Shown piece by piece: positions 16,840 through 26,989 of a stretch of DNA of 32,000 nucleotides. Under the pieces are notes generated by a model. That model was not told the DNA's origin. It ran no database searches and was given only the letters and a program-made list of their open reading frames with translations. Each line of letters starts with the position of its first letter. Position 1 is the first letter of the stretch. This DNA is from Pseudoalteromonas tetraodonis (GTDB taxonomy: Bacteria > Pseudomonadota > Gammaproteobacteria > Enterobacterales > Alteromonadaceae), in NCBI RefSeq assembly GCF_002310835.1, contig NZ_CP011041.1, forward strand, positions 2,370,001-2,402,000. Direction: 5' to 3'. The position numbers were made by a program, and so were the translations under genes.

Positions 16840-18465
16840 ATGTCGGTTTTTTCTTTTGATGAGCAAACGGGGCATATCTCTTTGCTCTCCCACCCTAATG
16901 TCTCAGGTTTAGCCTCAACAGCAACACAGCTTATTGAATTAATTAGTCAGTCAGAATATTGCGAGTGTGACATTATTGTTAGCAATATTGGTAAGTTGTT
17001 TGCTCAAAATAACGACGAAGAGATCCCCTCTTTGGTGGTTGCTCAAGCCATTGATGCAAAGCTAACCATTAACATTGATGAAAAAAATATGCTTGTTGAA
17101 GCTACCCTTATTACTGCTAAGGGCGGTAAATTACTTAACATGGAACAAGCAATTGACGTGTTAGCTCAGGCAGGGATTGTAAAGGGTATTAGCTCTCATG
17201 CATTAGAACAGTTATTGGCACAACAATTTGAACACCCCTCAGGAAGCACGCATTGCGCTGAAGTCGCTTTTGGTCGCGCGCCTAAAGTGGGTAACGATGC
17301 CAAATTTGTGCGTCTTTGCTGCACAGCGCAAGACCGCGTACTTAGCCCGCAAGCTAAGGGCGGTGGTAAAGTCGATATGAGAAACCTAGGTGATATTATT
17401 ACTGTAAAACCTGGGTGTGAACTAATGCGGCGTATTCCAGCAACATCGGGAGTTGATGGCTTTACTGTGTTTGGAGATGTGCTAACTGCAATCCCTGGCA
17501 AAGAGCATAAATTACAACCTTTTGACGGTACTAAAATTGCGCCCGATAACCCCAACTTACTAATTGCCGACTGTACTGGTGTACCGGTTGCCCTTCCCCG
17601 TGGTATGCGTGTTGATGATGTTTTATGTTTTCATAATATTGACCCAAGTACCGGCCATGTTGAATTTGATGGCAGTATTATAGTCAGTGGTGATATAAAA
17701 GATGGCATGCGCGTGACTGCTACCGGCGATATTACTGTTTTAGGTTTTGTTGAATCGGCGCAGTTAAAAAGTAATAACGCCATCACAATAGTAAAGGGGG
17801 CAATTGGCAGAAAACGAGAAGCCGATGAGCCATTCACCTGTTCTATTTTTGCTAAACGAACCGTTGCTCTTGGTTACTCTCAATACTGTGACATAAAAAC
17901 GGAGCAAAACTTATTAATAGAACGCCAATCATTACATTGTGACTTGAGTGCTGGAAATTTAATTAGGGTTGGCAGCGCAAAAGATCCTAAAGGGAAAATT
18001 ATTGGTGGTCATATTCTAGACGCAATGCGCATTGAAACAGGTGAATTGGGCGCACCAGCAGGAACTAAAACCCGTGTTTGCATCGCACAGCGATGGTATG
18101 TGCTAAAACAAAAACAAGCGCAAATCACTGACTTTGAAAAAGTTTTAATCAGTAAGTCAATTGAACTACAGCAAGCGCGCCAGCGAATTAATAAACAAGT
18201 TGCAAGCGCACAGCGTCAGCAGTTTTTGAATAAAATAACAACGAATGAAGAACACATAGCAAACCGAAGCGCCAGTATCAGTCAGCAAAAGCAGTTGCTA
18301 AGAAAGAAAATGACGCAGCTTTTAGCGCTCAGTCGTTTGAAAGTTAATGAGCTTATGCACCCCGGGGTGGAGCTTAAAATTGCACGAGAATCAATTAGCT
18401 TTTCGCGTAATTATCCACCACATTTAATCACTCACAGTGAAGGTAAAATAACGCAATCGTTTTAA
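16840..18465 (+). CDS. FapA-family (DUF342) protein
   Basis: 541 aa. It has a beta-helix-like repeated G-x-I/V segments region (VSGDIKDGMRVTATGDITVLGFVESAQLKSNNAITI) and a C-terminal coiled-coil, as in DUF342/FapA proteins. The RBS agagga precedes the ATG. Confidence 0.7.
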   Translation: MSVFSFDEQTGHISLLSHPNVSGLASTATQLIELISQSEYCECDIIVSNIGKLFAQNNDEEIPSLVVAQAIDAKLTINIDEKNMLVEATLITAKGGKLLNMEQAIDVLAQAGIVKGISSHALEQLLAQQFEHPSGSTHCAEVAFGRAPKVGNDAKFVRLCCTAQDRVLSPQAKGGGKVDMRNLGDIITVKPGCELMRRIPATSGVDGFTVFGDVLTAIPGKEHKLQPFDGTKIAPDNPNLLIADCTGVPVALPRGMRVDDVLCFHNIDPSTGHVEFDGSIIVSGDIKDGMRVTATGDITVLGFVESAQLKSNNAITIVKGAIGRKREADEPFTCSIFAKRTVALGYSQYCDIKTEQNLLIERQSLHCDLSAGNLIRVGSAKDPKGKIIGGHILDAMRIETGELGAPAGTKTRVCIAQRWYVLKQKQAQITDFEKVLISKSIELQQARQRINKQVASAQRQQFLNKITTNEEHIANRSASISQQKQLLRKKMTQLLALSRLKVNELMHPGVELKIARESISFSRNYPPHLITHSEGKITQSF

Positions 18466-18529
18466 TAACGCATATTAAGACTGGCTCAGCCCACACAGTG
18501 AACACTCATTAATATGAGCTGAGTTTATG

Positions 18530-19204
18530 CTAATCTTGGTTGCTTACTTCGTCTTCGTTTTGTTGTGTTTCATCTATAGCAAGTGGCCAACCACCTAGTT
18601 GCTGCCAACGATTAACAATTAAACAATATAATTCAGCGGTGCGTTCTGTATCGTATAACGCAGAGTGTGCTTGTTTGTTATCAAACTCTATTCCTGCCGC
18701 GCGGCATGCTTTAGCCAATACTGTTTGCCCTAATGCCAAGCCTGCAAGTGATGTGGTATCAAAACTAACAAACGGATGAAATGGTGTGCGCTTAATATTA
18801 TTACGCTCAATAGCCGCATTTAAAAAGCCATGATCAAAAGCAGCATTATGAGCAACCACCACTGAGCGCTGACACCCTGCGGCTTTTTGCGCTTTGCGCA
18901 CTACTTTACAAATTTCTTTAATGGCTTCTTCTTCTGGGACTGCCCCTCGAAGTGCTGAAAAAGGCTCAATACCATTGAACTCAATGGCGGCTTGTTCAAT
19001 GTTTGCGCCCTCAAACGGTTGCACATGAAAATGAACAGTATGATCTATGCTAAGCAATCCCTCGTCATCCATTTTTAAAACGGATGCTGCAATTTCTAGT
19101 AGTGCGTCGGTTTCTTTGTTAAAACCGGCGGTTTCAACATCAATAACCACAGGAAAAAAGCCACGAAAGCGTTGTGCGAAAAGTGTTTGCTCAGTATTTG
19201 CCAT
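18530..19204 (-). CDS. rnt: Ribonuclease T
   Basis: [32 protein letters not shown] and [15 protein letters not shown] are the DEDDh exonuclease motifs, colinear with my recollection of E. coli Rnt. Confidence 0.92.
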   Translation of the reverse strand: MANTEQTLFAQRFRGFFPVVIDVETAGFNKETDALLEIAASVLKMDDEGLLSIDHTVHFHVQPFEGANIEQAAIEFNGIEPFSALRGAVPEEEAIKEICKVVRKAQKAAGCQRSVVVAHNAAFDHGFLNAAIERNNIKRTPFHPFVSFDTTSLAGLALGQTVLAKACRAAGIEFDNKQAHSALYDTERTAELYCLIVNRWQQLGGWPLAIDETQQNEDEVSNQD

Positions 19205-19405
19205 AGTATTCTTGGTTTATAGGGATTAGCTATCTATTATGTCAAAATTAGGGGGCTGTCGGCTAGGGGATTTATTGATTTATTACAGCTAAACTATAGG
19301 CATGTTACTTGCTATGTAATTAACGTTTACGCTGAATTATTTGCTGTTGCATAATATTTTACGGTTTTTGTCACTTTTTTGGCAGAGCTTAATGGGGAGT
19401 TCTTG

Positions 19406-20284
19406 ATGAAGTATAAGTTGTTATTTATTAGCCTAAGCATTAGCGGTGTGCTGTGTAGTTTTAATACGACTGCAGCTATGCGCCAATATACTGCTGACCA
19501 AGATAATTCAAATTGGAACTTGGTTAAAACAACTCGCTTACAATGCCAATTAAATCATGAAGTTCCCTACTATGGTGAGGCTGTTTTTAAAGCATCTGCA
19601 AGTAAAAATAAAGATCTTACCTTTAATTTAGACATGGTGGTACGCCCAGAAAATTATGCAATAGCGGGTTTAAAAGCGGTGCCACCTAGTTGGCGAGCGG
19701 GTCGCCCTGCGCGTGATATTGCTGATATGAAATTACTTAAAAAGTTTGATGGTGAATTAGGTAATAAAACAGCGTGGGAAATGCTAACTGAGCTTGAAAA
19801 AGGCAACCAACCTACCTTTTACTATCAAGACTGGCAAAATAGTGCCGACAAAATTGCCGTGGGCATGTCTAATATCAACTTTAAGCAAGCGTATTGGGCG
19901 TTTTTACAATGTCGCGACGAGTTACTACCATATAATTTTGAAGATATTTCGTTCACCATAATGAACTACGAATCGAATAGCAGTAAATTAACTAAATCAT
20001 CGCAGCAGCGCCTTGATAAAATTGCTGAGTATTTAAAAAACGATCCTAGTATAGAATCAATCAGTATTGCATCGTACACCGATAGCTATGGTGGTCGCTG
20101 GAATAACCTCGATTTATCAAGAACACGCGCTAAGGCTATTAAAGATTACATGGTTGGCTTAGGCGTTGATGAAGCTAAAGTGGTTACTGAAGGTTTTGGT
20201 GAAAAACGCTTTGTAGATACTAATGACAATATTTTAGGCCGTGATAAAAACCGCCGCTTAGTGATTCAAATCGCTAAAATGTAA
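19406..20284 (+). CDS. motY: Sodium-type flagellar T-ring protein MotY (OmpA-like C-terminal domain)
   Basis: A signal peptide, then QCQLNHEVPYYGEAVF, PTFYYQDWQ, FEDISFTIMNYE, YTDS and DKNRRLVIQI. These match my recollection of Vibrio MotY. The RBS ggggag lies 6 nt before ATG 19406; the track uses an upstream TTG. Confidence 0.82.
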   Translation: MKYKLLFISLSISGVLCSFNTTAAMRQYTADQDNSNWNLVKTTRLQCQLNHEVPYYGEAVFKASASKNKDLTFNLDMVVRPENYAIAGLKAVPPSWRAGRPARDIADMKLLKKFDGELGNKTAWEMLTELEKGNQPTFYYQDWQNSADKIAVGMSNINFKQAYWAFLQCRDELLPYNFEDISFTIMNYESNSSKLTKSSQQRLDKIAEYLKNDPSIESISIASYTDSYGGRWNNLDLSRTRAKAIKDYMVGLGVDEAKVVTEGFGEKRFVDTNDNILGRDKNRRLVIQIAKM

Positions 20285-20476
20285 ATTGTCGTATTCCTCC
20301 TCGACCGACGGTGTAATGTATAACGCTTTCGGTCAATACATGCCATTTTTGTGATGCCTATTTTATACATAGCAAACAACCTCCCTTTTAATTATTAACA
20401 TTGAGCTTTTTATTTTTTCATTTATATTAATAAGTTAAATTTCCTTTTTTGATGATTTTGGCTTTTTTAATACAGT

Positions 20477-20494
20477 TGTAAATAGAAGATTACA
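20477..20494. promoter_or_regulatory. Candidate TyrR box upstream of tyrP
   Basis: TGTAAA-tagaag-ATTACA matches the consensus TGTAAA-N6-TTTACA at 11 of 12 positions. It lies ~95 nt upstream of the tyrP start. A TTTACA half-site follows near 20532. Confidence 0.55.
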
Positions 20495-20585
20495 TTTTAT
20501 TTTGTCTCTTTTATGACAAAACTATTTAAGTTTTACACAACTAGTTATATCTTGCGTGTCTCTCACGTTTGATCAGGATCATTAA

Positions 20586-21788
20586 GTGCTTAAAAATAAA
20601 ACAATAGGTAGCATGTTAATTGTTGCAGGAACCACCATAGGTGCAGGCATGCTTGCCCTGCCTATTGCCTCTGCAGGGCTTGGGTTTAATACCGCGATGG
20701 TATTAATTATCGGTTGTTGGTTACTCATGACCTACACCGCTTTACTTATGCTGGAACTACATCAATACGCCCCACGCGATGCCACTTTAAATACCTTAGC
20801 TAAGCTTTGGCTAGGTAAGCGCGGGCAGTATGTGGCTAACTTTTCAATGATATTTTTATTTTATGCGCTATGTGCTGCGTATATAGCAGGTGGCGGAGCC
20901 CAGCTACAAGAACGTATAAACACTGGTTTTAATTTAAGTATTGCCCCACAGTTAGGCTCCGTTATTTTAGCGGTGGTGATTGCAGGCGTGGTGACTTTAG
21001 GCACTAGTAAGGTAGATAAGCTTAACCGAGTACTATTTAGTGTAAAAATAGTGGTTTTGGCTAGCTTGTTTTATATGCTAACACCTTATGTACATGGCCA
21101 ACATTTGTTGGAAATGCCTGTTGAGCAAGGGCTGATACTATCGGCTATTCCGGTGGTATTTACCTCTTTTGGTTTTCATGGCTCTATTCCTTCTATTGTT
21201 AAATATGTTGGGCTTGATATAAAAACCTTGCGCAAAGTTATGATTGCAGGCGCCTCTTTACCACTGGTTATTTATGTATTTTGGCAAGTATTAAGCCAAG
21301 GCATAATGAGCCAAGAGCAATTATTACAAAGCGAAGGGTTAACTGGGTTTGTAGCCAGTGTGGCCAATATTGCCAATAACGCTAATGTCTCTTCTGCGGT
21401 TAAACTCTTTGCCGACTTAGCTCTAGCAACGTCATTTTTAGGGGTGAGCTTGGGGTTATTTGACTTTTTTGCTGACACATTTAAAAAAGCAGATACGGGC
21501 GCAGATAGAATAAAAACCGCATTTATTACCTTTATCCCTCCTCTTGGGTTTGCCTTATTTTATCCGCAAGGGTTTATTATGGCATTAGGTTATGCCGCTA
21601 TTGCATTGGTGATATTGGCTGTATTTTTGCCGGTGAGTATGGTGTACAAACAGCGTCAAGGCGTTGAAAAAAGCGGTTATAAAGTACGAAGCGGTAATAT
21701 TGGTTTAGCCATAGCCGCTTTGTGTGGCATTTCAATTATTAGTGCGCAATGCCTGCAAATGGCAGGGCTAATACCTGCAATAGGTTAA
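20586..21788 (+). CDS. tyrP: Tyrosine-specific (aromatic amino acid) transport protein, HAAAP family
   Basis: The GTG start gives MLKNKTIGSMLIVAGTTIGAGMLALP. FTSFGFHGSIPSIV and FADLALATSFLGVSLGLFDF are colinear with my recollection of E. coli TyrP. Confidence 0.85.
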   Translation: MLKNKTIGSMLIVAGTTIGAGMLALPIASAGLGFNTAMVLIIGCWLLMTYTALLMLELHQYAPRDATLNTLAKLWLGKRGQYVANFSMIFLFYALCAAYIAGGGAQLQERINTGFNLSIAPQLGSVILAVVIAGVVTLGTSKVDKLNRVLFSVKIVVLASLFYMLTPYVHGQHLLEMPVEQGLILSAIPVVFTSFGFHGSIPSIVKYVGLDIKTLRKVMIAGASLPLVIYVFWQVLSQGIMSQEQLLQSEGLTGFVASVANIANNANVSSAVKLFADLALATSFLGVSLGLFDFFADTFKKADTGADRIKTAFITFIPPLGFALFYPQGFIMALGYAAIALVILAVFLPVSMVYKQRQGVEKSGYKVRSGNIGLAIAALCGISIISAQCLQMAGLIPAIG

Positions 21789-21814
21789 TACCCAATAATA
21801 AGTAATACTCTATT

Positions 21815-21850
21815 GGCAATCCCCCCAAACAAGAGTTTGGGGGGATTGCC
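21815..21850. terminator. Perfect 16-bp GC-rich hairpin between convergent tyrP and ggt (no U-tract)
   Basis: ggcaatccccccaaac aaga gtttggggggattgcc. Confidence 0.45.
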
Positions 21851-21865
21851 ATGCAAACGCTAACG

Positions 21866-23530
21866 TTAAAACACGATTGCTTTTCCTCTACCGCTTTGCT
21901 CTGACGCCGCCTCTAATTTGCCATTATGATTAATAATCACATGCATATCACCAAAGTGGCGTTCGTCCACTGTGTAACCCATTTTTATCAGCTGTTGTTT
22001 TACTGATGGCTCCAAGCCGGCATGTGCTCTGATCACATTTTTTGGCCATAACTGATGATGAAAACGCGGGCTATTTACCACATCATCGGCGCTCATATTA
22101 AATTCAATCGCGTTGAGTATCGATTGATACACCGAGCTAATAATAGTAGTGCCACCTGGCGATCCTGTTACCATTTTCACCTGATTATTACTGAGTAAAA
22201 TAGTGGGGGTCATAGAGCTGAGCATACGTTTATGCGGCTGAATTTCATTTGCTTTGCCGCCAATGGCACCAAATACATTCATAACCCCGGGTTTAGCGCT
22301 AAAGTCATCCATTTCATCGTTTAAAATAAAGCCTGCGCCTTCTACCACCACACCACTACCAAAGCCTAAATTAATGGTGGTGGTATTAGCTACAGCGTTA
22401 CCCATGTTATCGACAATGGAAAAGTGAGTGGTTTGCTCGCTTTCTTTTAAACCGGGTTTAATGTTTTCGGTGGTTGAAATAGCCTTTAAATCTATACTGC
22501 TACTACGGTTTTTAAGATAGTTTTCTGCAAGTAGTTTTGCTGTAGGTACTTGGTAAAAATCAGGATCGCCTAAGTACTCTGCTCTATCGGCAAATACTCG
22601 CTTACCTATTTCAGCCAATAAATGCACATACCCTACTGAATTATGTTGTTGTGCAGGCGTTGGTTTTTTAAGCTCATACATTTTCAGCCATTGCAATATA
22701 GCAATGCCGCCTGAACTTGGTGGCGGTGAAGTAAGCACTTGGTAGCCATTCCAGTTCGCTTTTATAGGAGTCCGCGATTTAGCACGATAACGTTTTAAGT
22801 CATCTTGGTTAATGATCCCGCCATGTTGGTGCATAAATTTTGCAATAATTGCGGCAGTTTCACCTTGATAAAAGCCATCTTGACCGTCATCGCGAATGCG
22901 TTTGAGTGTGGCAGCTAGCTCTGGTTGTTTAAAAAGCGCACCTGCCGTAGCTGTAGCAAAATAACTGGCAAAATTTACTTTAATGTTTTTATTATTTAGA
23001 TGCGCTATATAGTCCTCAATCAGCTGAGCCAACTTTTCAGGCACAACAAAGCCCTGCTCTGCTAATGTTACCGCAGGTTGCACTAACGCTTTCCACGGTA
23101 ACGTACCATGCTTTTTATGGGCTAACCACATTCCTGCGACACTGCCAGGCACGCCACTAGCGTGTATGCCGTAAATAGATTTATTTTCAATTACTTGCCC
23201 CTGCTCATCTAAATACATATCACGATGCGCGGCACTGGGCGCGGTTTCGCGGTAATCTATAAAATCACCTTTTCCATCTTTATGGATAAGCATAAACCCA
23301 CCGCCACCAATATTACCCGCTTCGGGGAGCGTAACGGCTAATACAAACTGAGCAGCAATAGCTGCATCAATCGCGTTGCCGCCTTGCTCTAACACGGCTT
23401 TTGCAGCGTGGGCACTAAATGTGTCGGGCATCGCCACCGCACTTTGTTTAGCCGCTACATTAAAAAAGCCTACTTGTATTATTAAGACACTGCTAATAAT
23501 TAGCATGCGTGGTGAAAAAAGTGATCCCAT
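21866..23530 (-). CDS. ggt: Gamma-glutamyltransferase
   Basis: Signal peptide. Autoprocessing/nucleophile motif EQTTHFSIVD. Also GGFMLIH, SPPPSSGG and TGSPGGTTII. Confidence 0.9.
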   Translation of the reverse strand: MGSLFSPRMLIISSVLIIQVGFFNVAAKQSAVAMPDTFSAHAAKAVLEQGGNAIDAAIAAQFVLAVTLPEAGNIGGGGFMLIHKDGKGDFIDYRETAPSAAHRDMYLDEQGQVIENKSIYGIHASGVPGSVAGMWLAHKKHGTLPWKALVQPAVTLAEQGFVVPEKLAQLIEDYIAHLNNKNIKVNFASYFATATAGALFKQPELAATLKRIRDDGQDGFYQGETAAIIAKFMHQHGGIINQDDLKRYRAKSRTPIKANWNGYQVLTSPPPSSGGIAILQWLKMYELKKPTPAQQHNSVGYVHLLAEIGKRVFADRAEYLGDPDFYQVPTAKLLAENYLKNRSSSIDLKAISTTENIKPGLKESEQTTHFSIVDNMGNAVANTTTINLGFGSGVVVEGAGFILNDEMDDFSAKPGVMNVFGAIGGKANEIQPHKRMLSSMTPTILLSNNQVKMVTGSPGGTTIISSVYQSILNAIEFNMSADDVVNSPRFHHQLWPKNVIRAHAGLEPSVKQQLIKMGYTVDERHFGDMHVIINHNGKLEAASEQSGRGKAIVF

Positions 23531-23641
23531 CCCATATCCTTAGGTTATTTTTATACATTGATGGCAAACATTAATGCACAGTAACAAACACTAGGTCAAT
23601 ATTTATACGCCACATTTAAAGAGCTTAGGATTGTTGTTAGA

Positions 23642-24187
23642 TTATCCACATGACTTTGAATAAAGTACGGCGGTTAAATTTGAGCCATCCTCTATATGAA
23701 TATAATAATGTTTAAGCTGCATACCGAGTTTTTTCATAACATTAATTGAGCCAACATTTGAGGTCAGTGCTGTAGCGCTAATTGCCTTTACTTGGCGTTG
23801 TTTTTCAAGCTCTGAACAAATAGCGCCTGCCGCTTCAATAGCATACCCTTTGCCCCAACTCGCTTGCTTAAACCGCCAGCCCACTTCAATATCACTAAAA
23901 TCAGGCGTATCTGAAAAAAAGCCCATCGGCCGAACAAGCACCCATCCTATAAAGGTATTGCTTTCACGCAAGGTTACTTGCCATAACCCCCACCCTTGTT
24001 GCTCGTTACGATAAGCAAGCATTCTAGGAATACTGACTGTTTTTATCTCTTCAAGCGAAGTGGGTTTACCTTGTGTTAAATACTGCATAACGGCTGGGTC
24101 TTGATCGAGCTCGTATAATTGCGGCCAATCATGTTCGTCCATTAATTTAAAACTTAATCGTGTTGTTACAGCTATGTTCATTTTCAT
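23642..24187 (-). CDS. GNAT-family N-acetyltransferase (RimJ/RimL-like)
   Basis: 181 aa. The pattern IEVGWRFKQASWGKGYAIEAAGAI is typical of the acetyl-CoA binding region. Confidence 0.7.
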   Translation of the reverse strand: MKMNIAVTTRLSFKLMDEHDWPQLYELDQDPAVMQYLTQGKPTSLEEIKTVSIPRMLAYRNEQQGWGLWQVTLRESNTFIGWVLVRPMGFFSDTPDFSDIEVGWRFKQASWGKGYAIEAAGAICSELEKQRQVKAISATALTSNVGSINVMKKLGMQLKHYYIHIEDGSNLTAVLYSKSCG

Positions 24188-24236
24188 TGTTGTATAGTTA
24201 CCTCTGAAATATAATTTTCTCTAAAGGAGATAGTAA

Positions 24237-24602
24237 ATGAAGAAATTAGCAGGTTTAGCTTTATTAGGCACTTTAATTACGTTAACTGGCTGTGAAGATG
24301 CCAACGAAGTAAAACAAGATGCAAAAGAAACAAGCGCTCAAGTGAAAGAAAAGCTTGATGAAACTTGGAATGAAGTAAAGGAAAAAACCAATGAGCTTAA
24401 AAATGATGAATCATTAAATGAGCTACTTGAAGAGAGTAAAGAAATGGGCTTAGACATGTACGACGACGGCAAAGAAGTAGCTGTTGATGCATGGATTAAA
24501 AGCAAAGAAGCGGCTGGCGAGCTGACTGAAAAAACCAAGCAAAAAGCACGTGAAATTGCCGCAGAAATTGAGCAGGCACGTAAAGAACATAAAGAAGGTT
24601 AA
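24237..24602 (+). CDS. Small Lys/Glu-rich lipoprotein, function unknown
   Basis: MKKLAGLALLGTLITLTGC contains a lipobox. The RBS aaggag precedes the ATG. The mature part is helical and charged. Confidence 0.65.
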   Translation: MKKLAGLALLGTLITLTGCEDANEVKQDAKETSAQVKEKLDETWNEVKEKTNELKNDESLNELLEESKEMGLDMYDDGKEVAVDAWIKSKEAAGELTEKTKQKAREIAAEIEQARKEHKEG

Positions 24603-24616
24603 TTATTTTTAACCAT

Positions 24617-24650
24617 AAAAAAAAGGTAAGCCATGGCTTACCTTTTTTGT
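24617..24650. terminator. Bidirectional terminator between the lipoprotein gene and the TonB-dependent receptor gene
   Basis: A8 - aaggtaagcc at ggcttacctt - T6. Confidence 0.7.
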
Positions 24651-24674
24651 TTTACTTTTAAAGTAAAATATAGA

Positions 24675-26897
24675 TTATAGTTCAAAGTCTTTTTTGAATT
24701 TTAAACCAAACTCACTACGATCATTACTGCGCATAACGCCAACAAAGCCAGTTTGCTGTAGACGTCCTACATCGTAAACTTCGTTTAATACGTTTTCGCC
24801 ATATAACGTCACTTCCATATCACCGTATGGGTTAGTGTAAGAAATATTAAAGCCAACGAGCTCACGCGAATCAATCGTTTCACTCTTATTGAAAACTGAT
24901 TGACCTTGCATTTCACTGCGGTATGAGTAATTTGCATTCAATGCAACTGTGCCACCATTACTTAAATCTACAAAGTAAGAAGGCGCAACCATCACTGTCC
25001 AACGCGGGGTCAATGCTGGTGAATCACCTTTACCAATACCTTGTACGCCCTCGGCGACTTCGGTAATCTCTGAGTCTAAATAACCTACCGCACTGCGAAT
25101 AGTAAAGTCATCAGTTATTGCAATTGTGGTTTCAAGTTCAATACCTTGCGCTTTAGACTGACCTGCATTCTCAACGATAGTGACAAAGCCACCACCCGCA
25201 GTTGGATCTGAGAATGGTAGTGCTAAGTCAGTGTAGTCGGTAACAAACATCGCAAGCATCATAGACACATTTTCATGTACTTGGCCTTTTAAACCAATTT
25301 CGTAGTTAACTGCTTTGGTTTCATCAAACGATACAAACTGATCTGGACCACCAAATGGGCGCGGCGGGAAACCACCTGTTTGATAGCCTTTTTGTACTTG
25401 GCCGTACACATTCATATTATTGCTAAGCTGGTATGAAGCATTAATATCCCATGTCACTGCATTAAAGTCTGCACTAATGTATTTACGCTCTGAAAAGCTT
25501 GGGAAAATCGCATTCGCGTCTTTTTTATCTTCTGAGTAACGAAGACCACCGCCAATTGTTAAATCATCCGTTAAATCGTAACTACCGTTAATGTAAGCTG
25601 CGTATGAGTTTGTTTCTTGATTGATTTCAAAAAATCCAAAGCCACCAAATGACGGAGTAACTCCATCATTTAACAGACCATTTGGCGTGTTAAACGGGCT
25701 AAATACAAAATCTTCTGAGCGAGTAAAACCATCTTCATTAAAGAAATATAAGCCTGATACAAAGTCCATTTTGTCAAACGTTGCGTTTAACTGAACTTCA
25801 AAAGAGTATTGATCTGCACCGCCTACTTCTGGGAACTCAGATAAGTTAAGTGGTGATGCATCATCATCTAAGCCACCTTCATACTCAGAAGTGCGGTAGC
25901 TTGAAATAAACTTAGTTGTATACGTGTTATTAATTGCCCAATCAGCGGTAAATGACGTACCCCAACCTGAATATGAGGTTGATTCAATACCGGCAACTGT
26001 TGTGCCTAAATCATCTGGATTCGATGGAATTAAGTCTTCAGTTAATAATGGGAAATCGCCATTGAATACATCATTTGAATCTAATGAATCTGTTAGTTCA
26101 ATAGTATAAGGTGATTGACCTGATTCATTATCAACCCCATCTAATGAGAAAGTAAACGCTAAGTCGCTGGTGGCTTCGTATTTAAGCGCGATACGACCAC
26201 TAAACTCTTGCTCTTCACCAATTTCTTTTTCAGGGTTAGCTAAATTTACCGCCGTACCTACACCGTCACGTTGTTTGTATGACGCACTGGCTGACATGCT
26301 TAAATCATTGGTTAGTGCATTATTAAAGTAAATATCGCCAGCAATACGCCCACGGCTACCCACTTTAGCAGTTGTCGTTAAAATACCTTCATCACCAGGC
26401 TGCTTAGTAATTACGTTTACTGCACCACCTAATGTATTACGGCCATAAAGCGTGCCTTGTGGTCCACGTAGAACTTCAACTCGCTCAACATTAGGAAGCG
26501 ATAAGTTAGACCCCATTTGGCGACCTAGGTAAACGCCATCTAGGTAAACACCTACACCGGGATCGGTTGTTATAATGTGATCTTGTAAACCAATGCCGCG
26601 AATAAATACAGAAGCATGTGCCGCGTTACCAACACCATAACGAGTAATGTTTAAGTTAGGAACGTATTTGCCAATGTCTTCTAAGTTACCCATATTGGCT
26701 TTATCAATAAGGTTAGCGCCTATTGATGTAATTGCAGTTGGAGATTCGAACAGGCTCTCGGTACGTTTACGTGCTGTAACTTCAATTTTTTCAAACGCGT
26801 CTTGTTTGGCAGTGGTTTTAGCTTCTTGTGCATTTACGGAAGTTGTTAGGGCTGCAATAACCGCTAAACTTAACTGTGAGAGGGTGCGTAATTTCAA
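24675..26897 (-). CDS. TonB-dependent outer-membrane receptor
   Basis: A signal peptide ends ...TTSVNA|QE. Plug motifs EKIEVTARKR and VEVLRGPQGTLYGRNTLGGAVNV. A long beta-barrel follows. The likely start is TTG 26897, with GGAG 6 nt upstream; the track uses TTG 26909. Confidence 0.88.
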   Translation of the reverse strand: MKLRTLSQLSLAVIAALTTSVNAQEAKTTAKQDAFEKIEVTARKRTESLFESPTAITSIGANLIDKANMGNLEDIGKYVPNLNITRYGVGNAAHASVFIRGIGLQDHIITTDPGVGVYLDGVYLGRQMGSNLSLPNVERVEVLRGPQGTLYGRNTLGGAVNVITKQPGDEGILTTTAKVGSRGRIAGDIYFNNALTNDLSMSASASYKQRDGVGTAVNLANPEKEIGEEQEFSGRIALKYEATSDLAFTFSLDGVDNESGQSPYTIELTDSLDSNDVFNGDFPLLTEDLIPSNPDDLGTTVAGIESTSYSGWGTSFTADWAINNTYTTKFISSYRTSEYEGGLDDDASPLNLSEFPEVGGADQYSFEVQLNATFDKMDFVSGLYFFNEDGFTRSEDFVFSPFNTPNGLLNDGVTPSFGGFGFFEINQETNSYAAYINGSYDLTDDLTIGGGLRYSEDKKDANAIFPSFSERKYISADFNAVTWDINASYQLSNNMNVYGQVQKGYQTGGFPPRPFGGPDQFVSFDETKAVNYEIGLKGQVHENVSMMLAMFVTDYTDLALPFSDPTAGGGFVTIVENAGQSKAQGIELETTIAITDDFTIRSAVGYLDSEITEVAEGVQGIGKGDSPALTPRWTVMVAPSYFVDLSNGGTVALNANYSYRSEMQGQSVFNKSETIDSRELVGFNISYTNPYGDMEVTLYGENVLNEVYDVGRLQQTGFVGVMRSNDRSEFGLKFKKDFEL

Positions 26898-26957
26898 GGT
26901 TTTCTCCAAAGGGTATTAATTTAATTATGCGTTATATGTTGTGTAAACATAAACTGT

Positions 26958-26989
26958 AGGCATAAAAAAAGATGCTTAGATGCATCTTT
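26958..26989 (-). terminator. Orphan terminator-like hairpin (minus orientation) upstream of the TBDR gene
   Basis: On the minus strand: aaagatgc atctaa gcatcttt followed by T7-ATGCCTACAGTTT. There is no annotated minus-strand gene upstream of it. Confidence 0.4.

Noticed and set aside
16677-16859. 60-aa plus-strand ORF between ssrA and the FapA-like gene
   Set aside because: It has a non-ATG start and no RBS, and it overlaps the well-placed RBS and ATG of the downstream gene. The region more likely holds divergent promoters.
19379-19405. sigma54-like TGGCA motif and upstream TTG start for motY
   Set aside because: The GG/GC spacing does not fit the -24/-12 consensus. The motif sits inside the RBS region, and ATG 19406 with the GGGGAG RBS is the better start.
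26915-26945. Possible Fur box upstream of the TonB-dependent receptor (minus strand, ...CATAATTAAATTAATAC...)
   Set aside because: It matches the 19-bp Fur consensus at only about 10 of 17 positions by hand alignment, in very AT-rich DNA. That is not distinguishable from background.
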